A stretch of 11,442 nt of DNA, from positions 1-11,442 of the forward strand of contig JAVJWO010000112.1 in assembly GCA_040222015.1 (NCBI GenBank), written 5' to 3'. Both the position numbers and the translations under genes were made by a program. The notes beneath the pieces were generated by a model, which searched no databases, was not told the origin of the DNA, and worked only from the letters and a program-made list of their open reading frames with translations. Positions 6,676 to 11,442 of this stretch are shown here, in pieces. Within the stretch, counting starts at the first letter, position 1; the number at the start of each line of letters is the position of its first letter. Source of the DNA: Coleofasciculus chthonoplastes F2-STO-03. Its GTDB lineage: Bacteria > Cyanobacteriota > Cyanobacteriia > Cyanobacteriales > Coleofasciculaceae.

Positions 6676-9450
6676 ATGACTTGTTTAAATTTAAAGCGGT
6701 TAGTCATGAAAACCGATAGCTTTTTGGGCAAATGTTCTCCTTTATTGTGGAGCAGTTGTTTAATCCTTGGTGGAGCGGTGCTAAACACAGATACTACCTC
6801 AGCCCAGCTCATCCCCGATACCACTCTCGGCAACGAAAGCTCAATCGTTACTCCTAATGTCGATATCAACGGTTTAACCAGTGACCAAATTGATGGCGGA
6901 GCAACCAGAGGGGCTAACCTGTTCCACAGTTTTGGACAATTCAATGTCGGGGAAGGCAGGGGCGTTTATTTCTCCAATCCCACAGGAATTGAACGGATTC
7001 TCACCCGAGTCACTGGGGGAAATGCTTCTAATATCCTGGGAACTTTGGGAGTTTTAGGCAACGCTGACCTGTTTTTAATTAACCCCAATGGGATTATCTT
7101 TGGTGCAGGCTCTCAACTCGACCTCAGAGGTTCATTTATCGGCAGTACGGCGAATAGCATCCAATTTGGCGATGGTCTAGAATTTAGTACCACCAACCCC
7201 CAAACCCCACCCTTACTAACAATTAATGTTCCCTTGGGGTTGCAATATGCAGCCAATCCGGGAGGGATTCAAGTGCAGGGGTTGGGCAACCAAGTCATCG
7301 TTGATCCGCAAACCTTTACCTTCATTGGGGTAGATGGAAAGGGTCTTGAAGTACAGCCGAATCAAACCTTAGCCTTAGTGGGGGGTGAGGTAGCCCTTTC
7401 TGGCGGAAATCTGACTGCACAAGAAGGCGGAAGTCTGGAGTTGGGAAGTGTACAGGAGGGGCTTGTTACCCTGACCCCAACAAATCCGGGCTGGGCATTG
7501 AGCTATCAAGGCGTGGACAATTTCCAAGACATCCTGCTGTCCCAGGGGGCTGCCATTAACACCAGTGGTCCGACACCGGGAAGGATTCAGGTACAAGGAC
7601 GGCGCGTCACCCTCACCGACGGTTCAGTACTCGCGGCAACCAACCAGGGAATCGGAAAGGGCGAGAACGTAACCATTACTGCCTCAGAGTTAATCGAGTT
7701 GAGTGGGACAAATCCTCTCAATGGTTTTGAGAGCTTCTTGTTTTCTGGTACGACAACGGCTGGAAAGGGCGGTGGATTGACCCTTACTACAGAGCGGTTG
7801 CGGCTGCGGGATGGGGCGCAAGTCTCATCGGGTACGTCTGGTTCCGGCAGTGCGGGTATGATCAGCGTGAATGCGGCGGAGTCCGTAGAACTGATTGGAG
7901 TCTCAATCCCTGACGGGTTTCCCAGTGGCTTATTTAACCGCAGTAGATTGGCTGCGACTGGAGACGCGGGGAATGTCACCATTAACACCGAGCAATTGAT
8001 TATCCGGGATGGGGCAACAGTCGGTAGTGAAAGCTCTGGTGCCGGTCGTGGGGGAGATTTGACCCTAAACGCTTCGGGCTCTGTGGAGCTAACTGGCACA
8101 GATCCAGATGGTTTTTCCAGTAGTTTATCGACGGCGACTCAAGGGAGTGAAGATGCGGGCAATTTGACGATTAATACAGGACGCTTGATTCTCCGGGATG
8201 GGGCAACAGTCGATAGTGAAAGCTCTGGTGCTGGTCGTGGGGGAGATTTGACCCTAAACGCTTCGGGCTCTGTGGAGCTAACGGGTACAGACCCAAATGG
8301 CTTTTCCAGTAGTTTATCGACGGCGACTCGAGGGAGTGGAAATGGGGGCAACTTGACGATTAATACAGGACGCTTGATTCTCCGGGATGGCGCCCAAGCC
8401 GCCAGTGCGACGATTAGTCAAGGTGCTGGGGGAACCCTGAGTGTGAAAGCCGAGCAGTCGGTGGAAATAATGGGTACATCAGCCAAGGGTGCCAGCGGCT
8501 TGTTTGCTTCGGCGATTATCGGTGATGGAGCCGGGGGCGATTTGAGGATTACGACTCCTAGGTTAATTGTCCAGGATGGGGCAACCCTGAGTGTGAGTAA
8601 CTTCCAAAGCCGCAACCTGGCGCCGCCGGGAACGGGTCCTGCGGGCAACCTTGAGATAGAGGCTGCCACAATCCGACTGGAAAATCAAGGGGTGATTACA
8701 GCGGCGGCTGCGGGAGGAGACCAGGGAAATATTACCCTGAATTCCCAAGATATCCAGATGCGCGGAGAGAGTGCAATCACTACTAACGCCACCGGACTTA
8801 GCGCGGGTGGTAATATCACCCTGAACACGGATACCTTAGTCGCCCTGGACAATAGCGACATCACGGCTAATGCCACGAATAGTCAAGGTGGGCGCGTCAT
8901 TATTAATGCACAAGCCATCTTCGGCACTCAGTTCCGTCCCCAACAGACTCCAGAAAGCGACATCACCGCCAGTTCGGAGTTGGGGGCTGAATTCAGTGGC
9001 ATCGTGGAAATTAACACCCCTGATGCTGATCCGAGTTCTGGATTAGTCGAGTTATCAACAACCGTCATTGATGTCGAAGGCTTAGTTGCACAAAATCTCT
9101 GTGCACCGAAACTTGCCGGCAGTTCCTTTGTCGTCAGTGGACGCGGGGGTTTACCTGCTAGCCCGAATGACCCGCTGACTGATGAAGTTGTGGCGGTGGA
9201 GTGGTCTCGACCGAGTAATCAGGTGTCGTCTGCAGGGGTGAGTCATCCGCCATTAACGGACAGTAGACAAGGGAAACATCGGGTGATTCGGCAAATACAA
9301 GGCTGGTTTGTCGCGGCTGATGGGACTATTATCCTGACTGACGCCGCACCTACTGTGACACCGCAGAATCCTGCCTTGACTCATCCCGGTTGTGTTCCAC
9401 CTAGGGCGTCGGTCTACGAATGGCGGTTGGTTCCAGACGTTGCAGGGTAG
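6676..9450 (+). CDS. Filamentous haemagglutinin N-terminal domain protein (TpsA-like beta-helical exoprotein, 924 aa; start could be the next Met)
   Basis: Signal-like N-terminus ending TSA-QLIPDTTLG; TPS motifs NLFHSFGQFNV, ILTRVTGG and LFLINPNGIIFG; G-rich GGNLTINT repeats; cyanobacterial C-terminal SDITASS, FVVSGRGGLP and QGW motifs. Confidence 0.93.
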   Translation: MTCLNLKRLVMKTDSFLGKCSPLLWSSCLILGGAVLNTDTTSAQLIPDTTLGNESSIVTPNVDINGLTSDQIDGGATRGANLFHSFGQFNVGEGRGVYFSNPTGIERILTRVTGGNASNILGTLGVLGNADLFLINPNGIIFGAGSQLDLRGSFIGSTANSIQFGDGLEFSTTNPQTPPLLTINVPLGLQYAANPGGIQVQGLGNQVIVDPQTFTFIGVDGKGLEVQPNQTLALVGGEVALSGGNLTAQEGGSLELGSVQEGLVTLTPTNPGWALSYQGVDNFQDILLSQGAAINTSGPTPGRIQVQGRRVTLTDGSVLAATNQGIGKGENVTITASELIELSGTNPLNGFESFLFSGTTTAGKGGGLTLTTERLRLRDGAQVSSGTSGSGSAGMISVNAAESVELIGVSIPDGFPSGLFNRSRLAATGDAGNVTINTEQLIIRDGATVGSESSGAGRGGDLTLNASGSVELTGTDPDGFSSSLSTATQGSEDAGNLTINTGRLILRDGATVDSESSGAGRGGDLTLNASGSVELTGTDPNGFSSSLSTATRGSGNGGNLTINTGRLILRDGAQAASATISQGAGGTLSVKAEQSVEIMGTSAKGASGLFASAIIGDGAGGDLRITTPRLIVQDGATLSVSNFQSRNLAPPGTGPAGNLEIEAATIRLENQGVITAAAAGGDQGNITLNSQDIQMRGESAITTNATGLSAGGNITLNTDTLVALDNSDITANATNSQGGRVIINAQAIFGTQFRPQQTPESDITASSELGAEFSGIVEINTPDADPSSGLVELSTTVIDVEGLVAQNLCAPKLAGSSFVVSGRGGLPASPNDPLTDEVVAVEWSRPSNQVSSAGVSHPPLTDSRQGKHRVIRQIQGWFVAADGTIILTDAAPTVTPQNPALTHPGCVPPRASVYEWRLVPDVAG
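8003..8390 (+). repeat. 189-bp (63-aa) near-identical tandem duplication inside tpsA
   Basis: TCCGGGATGG recurs at 8003, 8192 and 8381; the two units are nearly identical at DNA level. Confidence 0.92.
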
Positions 9451-9472
9451 AGACGTTGCATGACGTCTCTAC
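9447..9472. repeat. GTAG-type REP palindrome that supplies the tpsA stop codon
   Basis: GTAGAGACGT-TGCATG-ACGTCTCTAC; TAG at 9448-9450. Confidence 0.85.
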
Positions 9473-9475
9473 AAT

Positions 9476-9600
9476 CATCCTCTGTCCTCCCCCATGCAAC
9501 AAAAGCGAAGCATCCTCTGTCCTCCCCCCTGCAACAAAAGCGAAGCATCCTCTGTCCTCCCCCATGCAACAAAAGCGAAGCATCCTCTGTCCTCCCCCCT
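9476..9600. repeat. 35-bp tandem array (about 3.5 copies), reverse complement of the array at 1-129
   Basis: CATCCTCTGTCCTCCCCC(A/C)TGCAACAAAAGCGAAG starts at 9476, 9511, 9546 and 9581 (partial). Confidence 0.97.
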
Positions 9601-9603
9601 CTT

Positions 9604-9662
9604 GTAGGGGGGAACGAGGGGGGTTGGGGGGAACGAGGGGGGTAGGGGGGAACGAGGGGGGT
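9604..9662. repeat. 19-bp G-rich tandem repeat, 3 copies (G6-AACGA-G6-TW)
   Basis: AACGA at 9613, 9632 and 9651, each flanked by G6 runs. Confidence 0.9.
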
Positions 9663-9704
9663 GGGAGAAGCTCACAAGGGTAGGTTTTTTAAGATTGAGG
9701 TTTA

Positions 9705-9857
9705 GGTAAGACAAGGTAGACAGGTAGACCAGTAGACAAGGAAGAGTGAGAACGAAAAATCGGGCGTTTCGGCTTTGAGAAGTTAGCTTGACCGAACAAG
9801 ATTCTGTACGGTTTTCCTCCCTTGTCCTCTTGTCCCCCTTGCCCTCCTTGTCTTGCC
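9705..9857. repeat. Imperfect inverted pair of short (about 8-9 bp) GACAAGG / CCTTGTC repeat tracts
   Basis: GGTAAGACAAGGTAGACAGGTAGACCAGTAGACAAGG ... CCTTGTCCTCTTGTCCCCTTGCCCTCCTTGTCTTGCC. Confidence 0.6.
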
Positions 9858-9965
9858 CCAACCGCACAGTAAAAAACCTACACCTGTCAGGGTCCGGAGT
9901 TGGGGTTAGGGGATGAGGGTGAAATGCTTGCAAGTCTTGCTTTCACCTTAAGTTGACACCAATGA

Positions 9966-10020
9966 GGTGCGTTACGCTTCGCTAACACACCCTACAGATA
10001 GGGTCTTTGCCTAAGTCCTA
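9966..10020 (-). repeat. Dispersed repeat family A, copy 3 (inverted)
   Basis: Reverse complement reads TAGGACTTAGGCAAAGACCCTATCTGTAGGGTGTGTTAGCGAAGCGTAACGCACC. Confidence 0.88.
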
Positions 10021-10072
10021 CGAATGATAAATGACATAAGACGAATGACATAAGACGAATGACTAATGACGA
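10021..10072 (+). repeat. STRR-like heptamer tract (AATGACN / TAAGACG) ending in the tpsB start codon
   Basis: CGAATGATAAATGACATAAGACGAATGACATAAGACGAATGACTAATGACGA. Confidence 0.75.
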
Positions 10073-11322
10073 TCGCAACCGTTAACTTTAATTGTGTGCA
10101 CCTACTTATCATTCTTGGTTTAAGCCCAGTGGCGTCACCCGTTAGCGCCAACATGGGAGAAGTCGCGGATACGAGGTTACAACCGGATATATCACTGACT
10201 GCCAATCAGGTAGGGGATGCTCTGGTCAGGGTGCAGCACCAGAACCTTAGTGACAGCCTGTCAGGTTGGCACAAAACCTTCAAGCCAACCAAGGGTGTTG
10301 AGTTTCGTTCCCAGGGCTCACCGACTCCTGGGATTAACCCCGTAGAACCCCAGCCCCCGGCGTTACCGGAACCTGAACTGCTACCCTCCCCAGACGAGTT
10401 GCTGCAACCGCCGACTTCTCCTCCTACTACCGCACCCCCACTGTTGCCAGATAATATTCCTGGTACAATTACGGTTGAGAGATTTGAAGTTATTGGTAGT
10501 ACGGTCTTCAGTCCAGAGGAACTCGCGGCGGTGACTGCCCCATTTAGCCAACGCCCGATCGCGTTTACTGAATTGCTGCAAGTTCAGGATGCGATCGCCG
10601 AGCTTTACATTCAACGGGGCTATATTACCAGTGGCGCCTTTATTCCCCCGCAAGGGCTCAACAATGGCGTGGTCACGATTGAAGTGATTGAAGGGGAAGT
10701 GGAGAGGATTGAGGTGAACGGAACAAAACGACTCAACTCTAACTATGTGCGATCGCGTCTTGCCAGAGCTACCCAAACCCCCTTACAAGTCAATCAGTTG
10801 GTAGAAACCCTGCAACTGCTTCAACTCAACCCCCTGATTGAAAATTTGTCGGCTGAGTTAGCCGCTGGGTCAAAGACGGGTACTAGTGTATTAAGAGTTG
10901 CCGTTGAAGAAGCTCCCTCCTTTTCAGCCATTCTCAGGGTCGATAACGGACGCTCTCCCACCGTTGGCACAGTGCGGCGTCACGTTACACTGGAAGAAGG
11001 CAATCTTTTCGGATTTGGTGACTCCTTCATCCTGGGTTATACCAACACCGATGGCAGTAACTCCCTCGATGAAGCCAGCTACACCATCCCAATTAATCCC
11101 AGAAACAGTACGTTCAAACTCTCCTACAGTCGCTCAAGCAGCCACGTCATCGAAGCACCCTTCAACCAAGTCGATATCGAGTCAAACGCCCGCGACTATC
11201 AGATTACCGAAAAATTGGGTATAAAGCCTTGTCCTTTAGGACGACTTTGTTTTAGAATTAGCTTAGAGGAAAGGGTATTAAACCTCTATAAAAACCCAAA
11301 GCCGAGAGGCATCGCACCTTGA
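10066..11322 (+). pseudogene. ShlB/FhaC/HecB-family TpsB outer-membrane transporter, interrupted after codon 381; last 37 aa read from the inserted element
   Basis: Pro-rich linker, POTRA motifs (ITVERFEVIGSTVFSPEEL; LYIQRGYITSGAFIPPQ...VTIEVIEG) and barrel start (DNGRSPTVG, EGNLFGFGD, SYTIPINPRN, VIEAPF). Similarity stops abruptly at RDYQIT and most of the barrel is missing from this ORF. Confidence 0.88.
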
Positions 11323-11442
11323 AAACTAGGCTTAGAGGGTTCTGTACAGGAAAGCTTGTACAGGTAAAAAGTCTAAGCAACAAGCACCAGAAAACACATT
11401 TTTTCTTGTTTTCAATAGTACGATAGGGCATATCGAAACTAG
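11208..11442 (+). mobile_element. IS200/IS605-family element, left end, probably non-autonomous; continues beyond the window
   Basis: TTAC at 11204-11207 immediately 5' of the junction; AAAG at +16 to +19 (11223-11226) at the foot of an imperfect hairpin (11223-11248). This is the same geometry as the IS608 left end. Confidence 0.8.

Noticed and set aside
6443..8876. Minus-strand ORFs within the precursor and tpsA
   Set aside because: Antisense shadows of well-supported genes.
6676..9450. CdiA-type contact-dependent toxin
   Set aside because: Short for CdiA, no VENN-like or toxin C-terminal domain, and no small immunity gene downstream.
9401..9933. Four ORFs over the repeat cluster
   Set aside because: Translations of the 35-bp, 19-bp and 9-bp repeats.
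10011..11224. ORFs 10011..10205, 10381..10776 and 10898..11224
   Set aside because: Antisense or alternate-frame overlaps of tpsB with no independent support.
11208..11442. Self-splicing intron / IStron in tpsB
   Set aside because: No recognisable group I core or group II GTGCG 5' end in the visible part; the IS608-like end explains the junction. It cannot be fully excluded without the rest of the element.

Overview
Filamentous-cyanobacterium-type accessory region, judged from five HIP1 GCGATCGC sites and dense REP/MITE-like repeats. The left arm (minus strand) has a MinD/ParA-family ATPase followed by a class II lanthipeptide synthetase, LanM. LanM starts at 2314, is absent from the ORF track because it runs off the window, and reads in frame into a 35-bp tandem array. 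The centre has a DUF928 gene and a stand-alone IS630-transposase N-terminal HTH gene whose catalytic ORF has decayed. The right arm (plus strand) has a Nif11-leader RiPP precursor with an Arg-rich 26-aa core, a filamentous-haemagglutinin TpsA-like protein, and a ShlB/FhaC TpsB transporter cut by an IS200/IS605-type element at TTAC. The best candidate for an undescribed system is a lanthipeptide pathway interleaved with a DUF928/MinD/two-partner-secretion module. It may be regulated by a domesticated transposase HTH through a recurring CATCAAAAT motif, with repeat- and IS-based switches in lanM and tpsB. All family assignments come from motif recognition by eye; no searches were run.
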